64,000 bases of DNA from Pseudomonadota bacterium (GCA_041178425.1 JBEGVH010000013.1:1-64000), one strand, 5' to 3'. Positions 29,177-39,499 are shown, counted from the first letter of the stretch. The notes: generated by a model from the sequence alone, not told the origin. Numbers and translations are program-made.

Positions 29177-29953
29177 ATGGCACAGAGAAGTATTATTAAG
29201 GCTGAAAATGCTTTTAAAGAGATTTTGAGGTTTGAACCACAAAAGCTGGTCACGTCAAATCCGGAAGCAATCGACGATTTTATCAAATCGAGCGATAATA
29301 ATCCTGATTTTCAGGTCGCAGAAGTGGTACGTAACTTTACCGGTCTCGCGGAAATTGAAGAAGAGAGAATGGAAAGTGAAATCCAAAAGAAAGCTTTGCT
29401 TGAATTAAAATCAATTCAAGAGCAAGCCTACTCCGAAGCTTTCGAAATCGGGATCGCCGAGGGCCGACGACAAGCTTTTGTTGAAACCTCTGAGCAAATT
29501 GAGACAAAACTTGATGAGCTAGATAAATTATTGAATTCAATTCGCTCTTCAAAAATTCACTTTCTGAATAGCAACGAGCATCACTTAGTTAAAATGGTTT
29601 ATTTCTTATCAACAAAGCTTGCTCTTTTTGAGGTTTCGGAAAGATCCCAAGAGGCCATTCTTTCTGTTTTGCGATCTGCCGTTAGTGCTTCTCACGGAGA
29701 TGAAACTGTTCGCGTGAGCGTATCTCCTGATCAGATAGATTTTCTCGAGGTCTTGCAGAAGGAAAAAAGTAGAGATCTCGATTTTTTGAAAAATGTGGAA
29801 CTTACACCACAAGAGGGAATCCGTCCGGGTGGTTGTATTATTACCACTAATTACTCAGAAGTGGATGCAAGGATTGAGGAAAGAATCAATAAGCTTTGGG
29901 AGGAAATTAAGGGAGCTATTCCACCCATCAAGGAAGTGATGACGAATGAATAA
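29177..29953 (+). CDS. fliH: Flagellar assembly protein FliH
   Basis: AxxxG repeats (AYSEAFEIGIAEGR) and V.P.Q...GGCII.T...VDA; located between fliG and fliI. Confidence 0.9.
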   Translation: MAQRSIIKAENAFKEILRFEPQKLVTSNPEAIDDFIKSSDNNPDFQVAEVVRNFTGLAEIEEERMESEIQKKALLELKSIQEQAYSEAFEIGIAEGRRQAFVETSEQIETKLDELDKLLNSIRSSKIHFLNSNEHHLVKMVYFLSTKLALFEVSERSQEAILSVLRSAVSASHGDETVRVSVSPDQIDFLEVLQKEKSRDLDFLKNVELTPQEGIRPGGCIITTNYSEVDARIEERINKLWEEIKGAIPPIKEVMTNE

Positions 29954-31277
29954 TAACGAGTGGCACCTTGATCTTGAGAAATACCGCCAGTTGTTAGCGG
30001 GCCAACATTTTACCCGCGACAGTGGTAAGGTTTTAGAGGTTACGGGCCTTGTTATAAAAGCAAGTTTACCGGGCGCCAGCGTCGGAAGTATTGTGGTGGT
30101 AGAACCACAGGGTGGTGAGAATCCCTTTTGGGCAGAAGTCATCGGATTTAAAGATCAGAATGTTTTAATGATGCCCCTAGGACCAATGCAAGGTGTAAAC
30201 TTTGGCGCGCGCGTGACCCTAGCAAAGCAAGTGGCGACGGTGAGAATTGGAAACAATATTTTGGGTCGCACCCTCGACGGTCTCGGACAACCAATCGATG
30301 GCCTGGGTGCAATGGAGCAACCAAGGGAGCTGCCCCTTTATAAAGAGGTTAGAAACCCCCTCGAAAGACGACCTATTCGTGAATCACTCGATTTGGGAAT
30401 ACGTTCAATTAATTCTGCGCTGACGGTAGGTAGAGGCCAGCGGGTTGGTATCATGGCCGGTTCTGGAGTTGGTAAGTCTGTTCTTCTTGGCATGATGGCT
30501 CGCTATACAGAAGCTGATATTAACGTGATTGCGCTCATCGGTGAACGAGGTCGTGAATTGAGGGAGTTTATTGAGGACGATCTCGGACCTGAAGGGCTCA
30601 AAAAATCAGTTATTGTTGTTGCAACCAGCGATCAGGGCCCACTCATAAGAATGAGGGGTGCTTATGTGGCTATGGCCATTGCCGAACACTTTTCTTCATT
30701 GGGCAAAAACGTTCTTTTTATGATGGACTCGGTCACGCGATATGCGATGGCCCAAAGAGAAGTTGGATTGAGTATTGGCGAGCCTCCAGCTTCAAAAGGC
30801 TATACCCCGAGCGTATTTTCGATGTTACCCAAACTTCTGGAGCGAGCAGGTTCATTTGAAGGCGAAGGAAGTATCACGGGCCTCTATACTGTGCTGGTCG
30901 AGGGAGATGACATGGACGATCCGATTGGAGATGCGGTTCGGTCGATTGTCGATGGACACTTTGTGCTTACCCGCAAATTAGCCCAGCAAGGACATTTTCC
31001 AGCCCTTGATATCTTGCAAAGTGCCAGTCGGGTGATGAGGAATGTTACGGATCGACACCACCAGGAGTTAGCGAGAGATCTAAGGGAATTACTTGCGACC
31101 TACCGTGAGGCTGAGGATTTAATTAATATTGGAGCCTACCGCCAAGGCGCCAATCCGAAGATCGATCGAGCAGTAAGAATCATAGATCCGATTACGAACT
31201 TTCTTAGGCAAAGGGTTGAGGAAAAAGCGTCCTTCATGGAAACCCTTCAGCAGCTGCAGGAGATTTTGCAAGGCTAA
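29946..31277 (+). CDS. fliI: Flagellar export ATPase FliI
   Basis: GSGVGKS, GERGRE, MDSVTRYAMAQRE and LLERAG motifs. Confidence 0.97.
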   Translation: MNNNEWHLDLEKYRQLLAGQHFTRDSGKVLEVTGLVIKASLPGASVGSIVVVEPQGGENPFWAEVIGFKDQNVLMMPLGPMQGVNFGARVTLAKQVATVRIGNNILGRTLDGLGQPIDGLGAMEQPRELPLYKEVRNPLERRPIRESLDLGIRSINSALTVGRGQRVGIMAGSGVGKSVLLGMMARYTEADINVIALIGERGRELREFIEDDLGPEGLKKSVIVVATSDQGPLIRMRGAYVAMAIAEHFSSLGKNVLFMMDSVTRYAMAQREVGLSIGEPPASKGYTPSVFSMLPKLLERAGSFEGEGSITGLYTVLVEGDDMDDPIGDAVRSIVDGHFVLTRKLAQQGHFPALDILQSASRVMRNVTDRHHQELARDLRELLATYREAEDLINIGAYRQGANPKIDRAVRIIDPITNFLRQRVEEKASFMETLQQLQEILQG

Positions 31278-31298
31278 AGAGATTAACGGAAAGATAAA

Positions 31299-31754
31299 AT
31301 GGGATTCAAATTTAGATTACAAAAAGTTCTACATCATCGAAAGTCTGTTGAAAATATCGCACGCAAAGACTTTATGGAAGCCACTGCCGACCTAGAGGAG
31401 GCGAAGGGCACATTAAAAATGCTTTATGAACAAGTCGATTTAGCTCAAGAAGAACGCCAGACACTGGTAGTCAGTGGGGGAAATCAAGGAGAGTCGCTCT
31501 GTCAAATTCATGATTACATCAAAGGTACAGAAATCAAAATTGAACGTCAAAAACTTGTTGTTCAAGAGAGGCAAGCGAAAGTCGAGAAAATGCAACTCGC
31601 TTTGCAGGAAGCAACGATTGAATATAAGATGATAGAAAAGCTGGAATCTCGCCAGCATGAGGATTATCGGCGAACGCAGAAAAAACTTGAGGAAAAAGAT
31701 TTAACTGAAATGACAAACGCGAGATTTAATTTGAGGCGCCTGAATGAAAAATAG
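31299..31754 (+). CDS. fliJ: Flagellar export chaperone FliJ
   Basis: FKFRLQKVL N-terminus, coiled coil, located after fliI. Confidence 0.9.
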   Translation: MGFKFRLQKVLHHRKSVENIARKDFMEATADLEEAKGTLKMLYEQVDLAQEERQTLVVSGGNQGESLCQIHDYIKGTEIKIERQKLVVQERQAKVEKMQLALQEATIEYKMIEKLESRQHEDYRRTQKKLEEKDLTEMTNARFNLRRLNEK

Positions 31755-32505
31755 CTACGAAGATTTTTTTGAAAAAGCACAAAAGACAAAGGGAGTTCGT
31801 AAGAGCCTTCCCTTGGTTACAAAAAAAGTAATTAGGGCGAATAAGAATTCGGGCAGTAAAAGTTCAAAAGCTATGATCGTTTTTGTTGGTTTAGGGTTTA
31901 TTTTGACAAGCCTTGGTACCATCTATTTTGAGGAAACAACCAAATTTCTTGGGCGCCTTGATATCAGTCTTTTCTCTTCGGCCTTAGCTGAAGATCATGG
32001 CGAAAAAAAGGAAGAACATTCCAGCTCTGCTGGTGAAAAGAAAAATGACGATGGCGCAAAGACCGAAGGAAAAAATCCAGGAAGTCAGCCCGCGACAGCG
32101 ATAGATCCTGAAGAGATTGAATTAAATCACTTCGCAAAACTTCGTGAGCGAAAAATTGAACTCGATAAAAGAGAAGAGAACCTGAACAAGATGGAGTCTG
32201 AAATTCAGCAGCAGAGGCAGGAAGTTGAGCACAAGCTTAAAGAGCTTGAGGATGTGCGACGAAAAATTAGCTCCGTTTTAGAAGAAAAAGTTGCTGCTGA
32301 CGAACAGAAAGTTGAAAATCTAGTGAATTTCTATTCGAATATGAAAGCTCCTCAAGCAGCCAAAATTATTGAATCCATCGATGAAGACTTAGCTGTTCAA
32401 GTGATTGCAAAGATGAAAAAGAAAAATGCTGCGGATATCATGAATTTATTAAAGCCCGAAAAGGCTCAATCGATTTCAGAAAAATATGTTGGCTACAAAA
32501 AATAA
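31744..32505 (+). CDS. MotE/FlbB/YlxF-like flagellar protein (TM, coiled coil, MgtE_N-like C-terminus)
   Basis: C-terminal LV..YSNMK..QAA.II.......A..I...MK...AA.IM..L.PEKA pattern; conserved position after fliJ. Confidence 0.82.
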   Translation: MKNSYEDFFEKAQKTKGVRKSLPLVTKKVIRANKNSGSKSSKAMIVFVGLGFILTSLGTIYFEETTKFLGRLDISLFSSALAEDHGEKKEEHSSSAGEKKNDDGAKTEGKNPGSQPATAIDPEEIELNHFAKLRERKIELDKREENLNKMESEIQQQRQEVEHKLKELEDVRRKISSVLEEKVAADEQKVENLVNFYSNMKAPQAAKIIESIDEDLAVQVIAKMKKKNAADIMNLLKPEKAQSISEKYVGYKK

Positions 32506-32514
32506 CACAAGGAG

Positions 32515-34281
32515 GTGTTGATGCAAGTAGCACAGAATAACCTGGCTCCGCCCAGACCAAATATGGTCAATGGGGTAGAGCCATTCAAAGAACAGACAGC
32601 GTCTGGTCAAATGGACTTCAAGTCTATGTTTGGTCAGAACATGTTTCAAGTGCCAGAGGGCGGAGGTGGACAGTTAAATCTTTTCTCCAAAGCGACCCCG
32701 AAAGGTTTGGATTCAAATCGAATGAAATTCGAAGGGAAGTCTCCTCGGGCACAATCACCGTCGGCAAGTGCGGAAAGATCATCCGATCAAGTTGGTAAAA
32801 CTGACCGTGAGGCAGACACCGCCAAGTCAAGCCGCGTAGATAAAAAACATACGGATGGAAAAAAATTGGCTTCCCATAAAATCAAAGATTCTAGCCGTAA
32901 AACTGGTGCAGTTCAAAAGTTCATGGACTCTCTCGAGGGTGAACTTGGAATTTCAGCGGAGCGATTCTCTGCTGCCTTAGCGCAATTACCACCTGAAGTA
33001 AAAGCTATGCCCGTCGAGAAGTCGGCGGCTTACGTCATTGCTCAATTAGGTATAGGTTCAGCAGATCAAGAAGGCGCGACGAACGCTTACGTAAATTTGT
33101 TGCAAACTTCAGGTATTAATGGATTGGATGCCGAGGGAGCAAGCGGTGGACAAGGGGCAATTGACCTAAGTTCGCTTGGTTTAGACCAGTCGATAAAGCA
33201 AACAGATCGCCAAAAGTTGAATGCCACGATTGATGAGTTGAATCGACGTTTTTTTGAAACTGGAAAAAACCTTTCTGCTAACCGCTTACAAGGGTTGGAA
33301 GGTGGAAACCAGGCAACTGAGCTCAATGAGATGATGATTAATGATTCAACAGGAAGACTCAGTCGATTAGATGAGATGACCTCGGGAATTCAGGCTTCAT
33401 CGCCCAATATGAGTTCTATGTCATTAAACGAGGTTGAGTCATTAGCCTTTTCTGATGTCGATGAGGGTTCGCTAAAACTTGAATCAAACATGGAGAATTC
33501 ACCGAAATTATGGTCCGTCGAAGAGTTACCCTTTTTGTTGAAGCAAAACGGTGCCGACGGGAATAGTTTTGAAAATTCCTTTGGACAGGGTGCTGACAAC
33601 GGAGAAGCGTTCACATCGCAGTCGATGAGTGGCGAGCGTTTGGATAGTGCAGGATTTGAGGGAAATCAATTCTTCAATGGTATGAGCGGCGCCACCAATT
33701 CTATGATCAAGAATCAAGCTTTGGCGAAGGGTGTGAGTTCACAAGTTGCAATAAACTCTGAGGAGCGAATTGCGAACATCAACAAAGTTAGTGCAGCGAC
33801 AGAATCCTTAGCAATCAAGGGTGGAGGAGAGCTTAAGGTTATGCTTACGCCAGAGGGGCTCGGAAACGTGCACCTTAAGGTAAAAATGCAGGATGGGAAA
33901 CTGCAGGTCGAAATGAAGGCAGATAACCAAGAGTCGAAACAACTCATTGAAAGTAGTTTAAGTGAACTCAAGAATCAACTGAGCTCCCAAAAGCTTTCAA
34001 TAGATTCTGTGAAGGTCGATATTGCCGGTGATTTTAATCGACAAGAATCAAATTCCCAATTGACCCAGCAGCAGTTTGACCTCGGAAGAGATCAAGCGCG
34101 CCAGTTTATGAATCAGTTTAGAGAGGGAAACTTCTCTCAGCGCCAATCACTTTTTGAAGTACCAGGTTTTAAGAACTATCGCTCTCAAAGAGAAGAGGCT
34201 TTAGCACCGATTTCTTCAGAGATTCGTCCAAGAGGATCGCTGAATGTTAATAAGGGCAATGGGGTCAATTTAGTAGCCTAA
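32515..34281 (+). CDS. fliK: Flagellar hook-length control protein FliK
   Basis: Low-complexity N-terminus and C-terminal L.PEGLG.V.LKV....G.L.VEM motif; located before flgD. Confidence 0.9.
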   Translation: MLMQVAQNNLAPPRPNMVNGVEPFKEQTASGQMDFKSMFGQNMFQVPEGGGGQLNLFSKATPKGLDSNRMKFEGKSPRAQSPSASAERSSDQVGKTDREADTAKSSRVDKKHTDGKKLASHKIKDSSRKTGAVQKFMDSLEGELGISAERFSAALAQLPPEVKAMPVEKSAAYVIAQLGIGSADQEGATNAYVNLLQTSGINGLDAEGASGGQGAIDLSSLGLDQSIKQTDRQKLNATIDELNRRFFETGKNLSANRLQGLEGGNQATELNEMMINDSTGRLSRLDEMTSGIQASSPNMSSMSLNEVESLAFSDVDEGSLKLESNMENSPKLWSVEELPFLLKQNGADGNSFENSFGQGADNGEAFTSQSMSGERLDSAGFEGNQFFNGMSGATNSMIKNQALAKGVSSQVAINSEERIANINKVSAATESLAIKGGGELKVMLTPEGLGNVHLKVKMQDGKLQVEMKADNQESKQLIESSLSELKNQLSSQKLSIDSVKVDIAGDFNRQESNSQLTQQQFDLGRDQARQFMNQFREGNFSQRQSLFEVPGFKNYRSQREEALAPISSEIRPRGSLNVNKGNGVNLVA

Positions 34282-34321
34282 ATTGAGATCTCAAGATGGG
34301 TAACGATCAAGGAGGATCGGA

Positions 34322-35281
34322 ATGGACATTAAGACGTCAACCAAAGCTTATGCTAATCGCACGGACCCTGGTTTTATCTCAAAAAGTAGTGGGGTGAAAA
34401 CGGAGAGCGCGACAGAGCTGTCCAAAATGGGCAGCGAGAGTGTTGGTGATACTCTTAATCGCATTGCCGATCCTCAGTGGGTTGATCCATCGAAGAAGCT
34501 AAGATCAACCGGAGACTCGACATTAGATAAAGATGCTTTCATGAAGTTGATGTTAACTCAAATGAAGCACCAAGATCCGACGAACCCGATGCAAGCTCAC
34601 GAGATGGCTGCGCAGCTAGCGTCATTTACGTCAGTCGAACAGTTACAAAATTTAAATTCAACTCTAGACAGTATGAAAAAAGCGCAGGCACCTGCGCAAC
34701 AATTTGAGGCCCTCAATTTGATTGGAAAATCTGTGGCTGGTGATAGTGCTCAATTGACTCGGGTCAAGGGCGATACGAACCATATGTTTCAATACAAACT
34801 ATTGAAAGATGCTGCTGATGTGACACTCAAAGTTCAGAATGCTCAGGGTGAGACTGTTCGCACCGTGACGATGAAACAGTTAAAAGCTGGAGCAAATGGC
34901 TTCAATTGGAATGGCCAAGATGAAAATGGCGCTGTGCAACCACTTGGCGATTATAAGTTAGTTGTTGAAGCATCCGATAATTCTGGAAAAAAGGTGGGAG
35001 TTGAATCTCAGTTTGATGGCGTGATCACAGGGATTAACTTCTCTGGAGAAGGACCCCTCTTGATGGTAGGAAATCGTACGGTCAAGATGAGTGATGTGAG
35101 AAAAATTGTAGATCCAAATCTCAAGCAGGATGGCCAGAAAAGTGAAAAAAGTTTAACTCCGGACTTGCAACAAGGAACGAATCAGAAGGAAACTGTGAAG
35201 AGCAACTTGAATAATGTCGCTATGTCTCGAGGAATGATTAATAAACTGGAGAGTGTGACAAAAAAAGATATTTCCCTATGA
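34322..35281 (+). CDS. flgD: Flagellar hook capping protein FlgD
   Basis: LDKDAFMKLMLTQMKHQDPTNPM, QLASF..VEQ and WNGQD..G motifs. Confidence 0.95.
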   Translation: MDIKTSTKAYANRTDPGFISKSSGVKTESATELSKMGSESVGDTLNRIADPQWVDPSKKLRSTGDSTLDKDAFMKLMLTQMKHQDPTNPMQAHEMAAQLASFTSVEQLQNLNSTLDSMKKAQAPAQQFEALNLIGKSVAGDSAQLTRVKGDTNHMFQYKLLKDAADVTLKVQNAQGETVRTVTMKQLKAGANGFNWNGQDENGAVQPLGDYKLVVEASDNSGKKVGVESQFDGVITGINFSGEGPLLMVGNRTVKMSDVRKIVDPNLKQDGQKSEKSLTPDLQQGTNQKETVKSNLNNVAMSRGMINKLESVTKKDISL

Positions 35282-35285
35282 GGCA

Positions 35286-35711
35286 GTGATTAACATGTCA
35301 ATGGATATAAAAAAAGTAGGACTTCTCGATGGCGGATTAGCCAAAACGGGTGGACCTCTAACAGGAAACAAAATTGGTGGAGGGCCAAGTTTTCAGGAGA
35401 CTCTAGCGGGATTAGAAAAGGTCGGCGAGCAAAAAGCTGGCTCAACAATGAGCTCAAGTGCGCTTAAGTTTTCTAATCATGCTATCGAGAGAATGAGAAG
35501 TAGAGGAGTGACCTTCACTCCGGAACAGATGAATAAAATTGAATCCGCTGTGAAGAAAGCAGCTGATAAGGGAGGAAAAGACTCTTTAGTTTTGATGAAC
35601 GAAACGGCTCTGATTGTTAGCGTGAAAAACAATACAGTCGTTACTGTTGTGGACAAGGCTTCCTTAAAGGAAAATGTGTTTACAAATATTGATTCAACAA
35701 TTGTTTTATAA
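35286..35711 (+). CDS. Flagellar operon protein (TIGR02530-like)
   Basis: LKFSNHA.ER...RG, A..KG.KDSLVL and IVSVKNNTVVT......NVFTNIDS motifs. The start may be an internal ATG. Confidence 0.9.
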   Translation: MINMSMDIKKVGLLDGGLAKTGGPLTGNKIGGGPSFQETLAGLEKVGEQKAGSTMSSSALKFSNHAIERMRSRGVTFTPEQMNKIESAVKKAADKGGKDSLVLMNETALIVSVKNNTVVTVVDKASLKENVFTNIDSTIVL

Positions 35712-35724
35712 AATTATTTAATTT

Positions 35725-35800
35725 GAGAGCTGGTCCCGCAAGGGGAGCTCTCCATAAAAAGAGACCGATTGATTGACGTCTCTGACAACATGGAGGTTGT
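35725..35800 (+). promoter_or_regulatory. Structured flgE leader with three hairpins; the last presents the SD in a CsrA-consensus loop
   Basis: GAGAGCT-GG-TCCC-GCAA-GGGG-AGCTCTC; AGAGAC-N12-GTCTCT; ACAAC-ATGGAG-GTTGT directly before the ATG. Confidence 0.6.
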
Positions 35801-37087
35801 ATGGGTTTATTATCTTCACTTTACGCGGGTGTTTCTGGTATGAACGCCCAAGGTGAGGCGCTAGGGGTTATTGGTGATAATATCGCAAACGCCAATACCA
35901 CTGGTTACAAGGCAAGTAGAACAGAATTCCAGGACATTATTTCAAAGAGCTTAAAAGGGATTCTTGGTGGTAACCAAGTTGGTCGAGGTGTTAAAATTGG
36001 TGGCGTTAATCCAATTCTAGCTCAAGGAAACGTTGACCCGACGGAAAAATCAACTGACTTAGCTATTTCAGGTGATGGATATTTCGTTCTAAAAGGGGTG
36101 GATGGACAGTCGTTTACTCGTGACGGCACTTTTCACTTTGATAAAGAAGGTTATTTGGTTAACTCCGATAATATGAGAGTGCAGGGCTTTGAGGCTGATG
36201 AAAACTCTCGAATTTTGAATAAACTCGGAGATATTCGTTTTCCAAAAGTATTAACTCCAGCAAAACCGACAACTAAAATCCGAATGGATATGAACCTTGA
36301 TTCGAGAGCTGATACGACACGTAAGTTTGATGAAGCTGATCCCTTTATTAGCTGTCACTTTTCAAACGGTGTTGAGCTGTATGACTCCCAAGGTAACAAG
36401 CACTTAATGACCACTTTTTTCAATAAGGTTGGTGATGGAGAGTGGGAATACCGAGGAATGGTTGACGGTAAAGAAGTCACAGGAGGCGACCCTGGTAAAT
36501 TAAAGACCGTTTGTGAAGGTCGCCTTAAGTTTAACGTTGATGGTCTTCTCGAAACCGAAGAAATTACCAAAAGCGCCTTTAACTTTAAGGGGGGCGCGCT
36601 TCAAGATCAAAAAATTAAAATTGATTTTGGGGATTCCATAAAAACAGATGGTGGTAAAGGTGCCGAGGGAACCAAGCAATATGGTCGAGATTCAGATCTT
36701 ATCACTTGGCAGCAAGATGGTGCGGCAGCTGGTACAATTACTAACATGTCATTCAATGACCAAGGAATTTTAACAGTTCTTTACTCGAACGGTGAGGCGA
36801 GAGATTTAGCGCAAGTGTGTTTGGCAAAATTTGAAAACCCTGAAAGTTTATTTAAAATTGGTAACAACCGATTGAAAGCCTCAAGGGAAGCGGGAACTCC
36901 ATCAATAGGTATTTCAGGTCAAGGTGGCCGAGGTATCCTGTTTGCAAAGAGCTTGGAACGTTCAACCGTCGACTTGGGTACCGAGTTCGTGAGTTTGATT
37001 CAAACGCAAAGAGGTTTCCAATCAAACGCTAAAACAATTACAACAACTGACCAGCTCCTAGAGGAAGTTCTTAATTTAAAGAGATAG
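35801..37087 (+). CDS. flgE: Flagellar hook protein FlgE
   Basis: GDNIANANTTGYK, DLAISGDGYF, TRDG.F and LE.STVDL..EFV.LI..QR.FQSN motifs. Confidence 0.97.
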   Translation: MGLLSSLYAGVSGMNAQGEALGVIGDNIANANTTGYKASRTEFQDIISKSLKGILGGNQVGRGVKIGGVNPILAQGNVDPTEKSTDLAISGDGYFVLKGVDGQSFTRDGTFHFDKEGYLVNSDNMRVQGFEADENSRILNKLGDIRFPKVLTPAKPTTKIRMDMNLDSRADTTRKFDEADPFISCHFSNGVELYDSQGNKHLMTTFFNKVGDGEWEYRGMVDGKEVTGGDPGKLKTVCEGRLKFNVDGLLETEEITKSAFNFKGGALQDQKIKIDFGDSIKTDGGKGAEGTKQYGRDSDLITWQQDGAAAGTITNMSFNDQGILTVLYSNGEARDLAQVCLAKFENPESLFKIGNNRLKASREAGTPSIGISGQGGRGILFAKSLERSTVDLGTEFVSLIQTQRGFQSNAKTITTTDQLLEEVLNLKR

Positions 37088-37114
37088 TAGTCTGAGCTTT
37101 CGGTAAAATCTTAG

Positions 37115-37153
37115 AAAATTGAGGAGCAGCATTGTCTGCTCCTCAATTTTTTT
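37115..37153 (+). terminator. Rho-independent terminator after flgE
   Basis: AAAATTGAGGAGCAG-N6-CTGCTCCTCAATTTT hairpin followed by a T run. Confidence 0.9.
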
Positions 37154-37187
37154 GACAATTAAAGTAGAAAAAGGCAGCAATAAAAAG

Positions 37188-37985
37188 ATGAATTTATCAT
37201 TTTTTTTTCTATTTCTATTGGGTTTAGCCTACTGTTTTTTTCGTTTTTTTCATAACTGGAGACCTGACCCGTGGCCTTCGACGGATTTGTCATTACCCAA
37301 GTGGCAGGTCCATCGAGGGTACTGGGTTGAGGGACTTCAAGAAAACACACTAGAGTCTTTTCGGCTGGCGGAGAAAAAAGGTCTCAAGATGGTTGAGCTG
37401 GATGTTCAGTTGAGCGGCGATGGAGTACCGGTTGTTTTTCACGACGTAAACCTGGAGCGTTTGGCTGGTCGGAAAGAGCGAGTTGATGAACTGACCGCTG
37501 AAGAAATCGGAAAGTTTGCTAACGCGCCAACATTACGTGAAGTTCTTGGAGACAAAGAAATTGTTCCATTTATTAATATTGAATTAAAATGTAAAACGGT
37601 TAGAGATCAAAGGTTAGCCAAAGCGGTGGCGAGAGTTGTGAGAGACGCTGGCGCCGAACGAAGAATTATCTTTTCTAGTTTTAATCCAGCCACCCTTCGA
37701 GCTTTGTGGCGGGAGTTACCTGAAGTGCCCAGAGCATTATTAGCCACCGACGACCAGTCGGATCCTGATAGTAGTATTTATTTAAGAAAACTATGGTTGG
37801 GTGGGTGGGCTCATGCACACATGCTCAATTTAGATAAAAAAATGATAACATCTAGTTTGATGAAGCGTCTCTCGGAGCGAAAAATTCCAGTGGCTGTCTG
37901 GACTGTGAATGACCAGCAGGCGGCAGAGCTTCTTATTAACAAGGGTGTTATAAGTATAATTAGCGATCGCCCGGAGGTGAATTAA
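37188..37985 (+). CDS. Glycerophosphodiester phosphodiesterase family protein
   Basis: HRG, ENTLESF, ELDVQLS.DGVPVVFHD, IELK, WTVN and ISDRP motifs. N-terminal TM. Start is probably ATG 37188. Confidence 0.92.
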   Translation: MNLSFFFLFLLGLAYCFFRFFHNWRPDPWPSTDLSLPKWQVHRGYWVEGLQENTLESFRLAEKKGLKMVELDVQLSGDGVPVVFHDVNLERLAGRKERVDELTAEEIGKFANAPTLREVLGDKEIVPFINIELKCKTVRDQRLAKAVARVVRDAGAERRIIFSSFNPATLRALWRELPEVPRALLATDDQSDPDSSIYLRKLWLGGWAHAHMLNLDKKMITSSLMKRLSERKIPVAVWTVNDQQAAELLINKGVISIISDRPEVN

Positions 37986-38637
37986 TTAGGTGATCAAAAA
38001 TCTGAGGGATGGGAGCGAGAATTTCGAAGCTATCCTCGTTTACCGAAAAGATTAATCTTTCTGCATGAAGAAGCATTCTTTTAAATCCGTAAAGGTCGAA
38101 GATCTTTTCATTGTATTTTTTATCGTTATAACGACTGTCACCAAGAATAGGGTGTTTTGCTAAAGCAGCATGTTTGCGAATTTGATGTTGTCTTCCAGTA
38201 TGTATGACGGCGCTAATTTTGGTAAAATAGCGATTATTTTTTTGAATAGTGACTACCGTTTTGGCGTCTAATCTATTTTGACGCATTCCCTGAGGATTCT
38301 GGCGGCCCTCTGCTTTATCTGAGATCGGCGCATTCCAATCAAGCGTTGATGACATATCATTGCATTGAAGAGAGCCCCTTAAAATAGCGCAATATGTTTT
38401 TTCGGTTTTTGGTTGGGCCAAGCTTACCATTAGAAGGTGAGCTGCTCTGGAATTTTTAGCTAATAGTAGTACGCCGCTTGTTTCCTTGTCTAAGCGATGA
38501 ACAAGATGCAGCCCTTTTCCCATCAGTTGAAGAACATTTGATCCTGAGGAGTCTTCGTTGTGTGCACTTATGCTCGTTGGTTTGTCGATGGCAATAAAAT
38601 CACTATTTTCTGCAAGCACCGTAATTTCATTATTCAT
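37960..38637 (-). CDS. RluA family RNA pseudouridine synthase
   Basis: DKP, HRLDKETSG, TGRQHQIR.H, GD.RY and LHA motifs. Confidence 0.93.
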   Translation of the reverse strand: MNNEITVLAENSDFIAIDKPTSISAHNEDSSGSNVLQLMGKGLHLVHRLDKETSGVLLLAKNSRAAHLLMVSLAQPKTEKTYCAILRGSLQCNDMSSTLDWNAPISDKAEGRQNPQGMRQNRLDAKTVVTIQKNNRYFTKISAVIHTGRQHQIRKHAALAKHPILGDSRYNDKKYNEKIFDLYGFKRMLLHAERLIFSVNEDSFEILAPIPQIFDHLINSPPGDR

Positions 38638-39431
38638 GACTTGCTCAGTTCCTTAACAGTTTTCCAAAGCTCTTCTTTTTCGTTTAAGCTGAGCGCATCG
38701 AAATCCATTTTTTTGTTTTGGCATAATTCAAGCATTGAAAAATAGCGATTTTCAAATTTTCGATTTGCCAATCTTAAACAAGTTTCAGGTTCATATCCCA
38801 GGTGGCGGACATATTGCGCCACTGAAAAAAGAAGGTCGCCAAGCTCCTCTTCGACCTCTCTTTGGTTTTTTGAAGCGATAGCTGCGTCAACTTCATCAAG
38901 TTCCTCGAGCACTTTACTCTTAACATCATTGACGTTCGTCCAATCAAAACCACTTTTTTGTGTTTTTTTGCCGATTTTGAATGCTCGCTGAAGGGCAGGA
39001 AGCTCTAAGGGGATATCGAATTGAAATTTGGGCGATTGATTCTCTTTCTCTTTTTTCTTAATTAGCTCCCAATTAGCCAAGACTTCTTCGCTGTTAGCAA
39101 CTTTTTCTGTTCCAAAGACGTGGGGGTGTCGTCGAATCATTTTTGAATTTAATTCTTGTAGAACGTCTTCCATGCTAAAGGCATTACGTTCTCGGGCTAG
39201 TTGGGCATGGAGTGCCACTTGAAAAAGGACATCGCCGAGCTCTTCCTTCATGGCTTTATCGTCGGATCGCTCAATGGTTTCAATAAACTCATAGACTTCT
39301 TCAATGGCAAAGGGTGTTAGACTTTGGTGAGTTTGTTCCTTATCCCAGGGGCAGCCATTCGGGCCTCGCAGATCAGCTACGATATCCATGAGTGCAGAAA
39401 ATGATCTAAGGTCGGTTGGTACGGGGTTCAT
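38634..39431 (-). CDS. mazG: Nucleoside triphosphate pyrophosphohydrolase MazG
   Basis: LR...GCPWD.EQT, EELGDVL, RRHPHVF, GFDW and EELGDLLF motifs. Confidence 0.96.
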   Translation of the reverse strand: MNPVPTDLRSFSALMDIVADLRGPNGCPWDKEQTHQSLTPFAIEEVYEFIETIERSDDKAMKEELGDVLFQVALHAQLARERNAFSMEDVLQELNSKMIRRHPHVFGTEKVANSEEVLANWELIKKKEKENQSPKFQFDIPLELPALQRAFKIGKKTQKSGFDWTNVNDVKSKVLEELDEVDAAIASKNQREVEEELGDLLFSVAQYVRHLGYEPETCLRLANRKFENRYFSMLELCQNKKMDFDALSLNEKEELWKTVKELSKS

Positions 39432-39499
39432 TTTAGCTCCTTGGGCTGGTCCTGCAAAGTTGACATTTTTTTTGAATAATTATGTGTTATTATACAGGT

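Noticed and set aside
36255..36305. Spirochete-type lysinoalanine cross-link site in FlgE
   Set aside because: The segment reads AKPTTKIRMDMNLD, with Met where the reactive Cys precedes NLD in cross-linking hooks.
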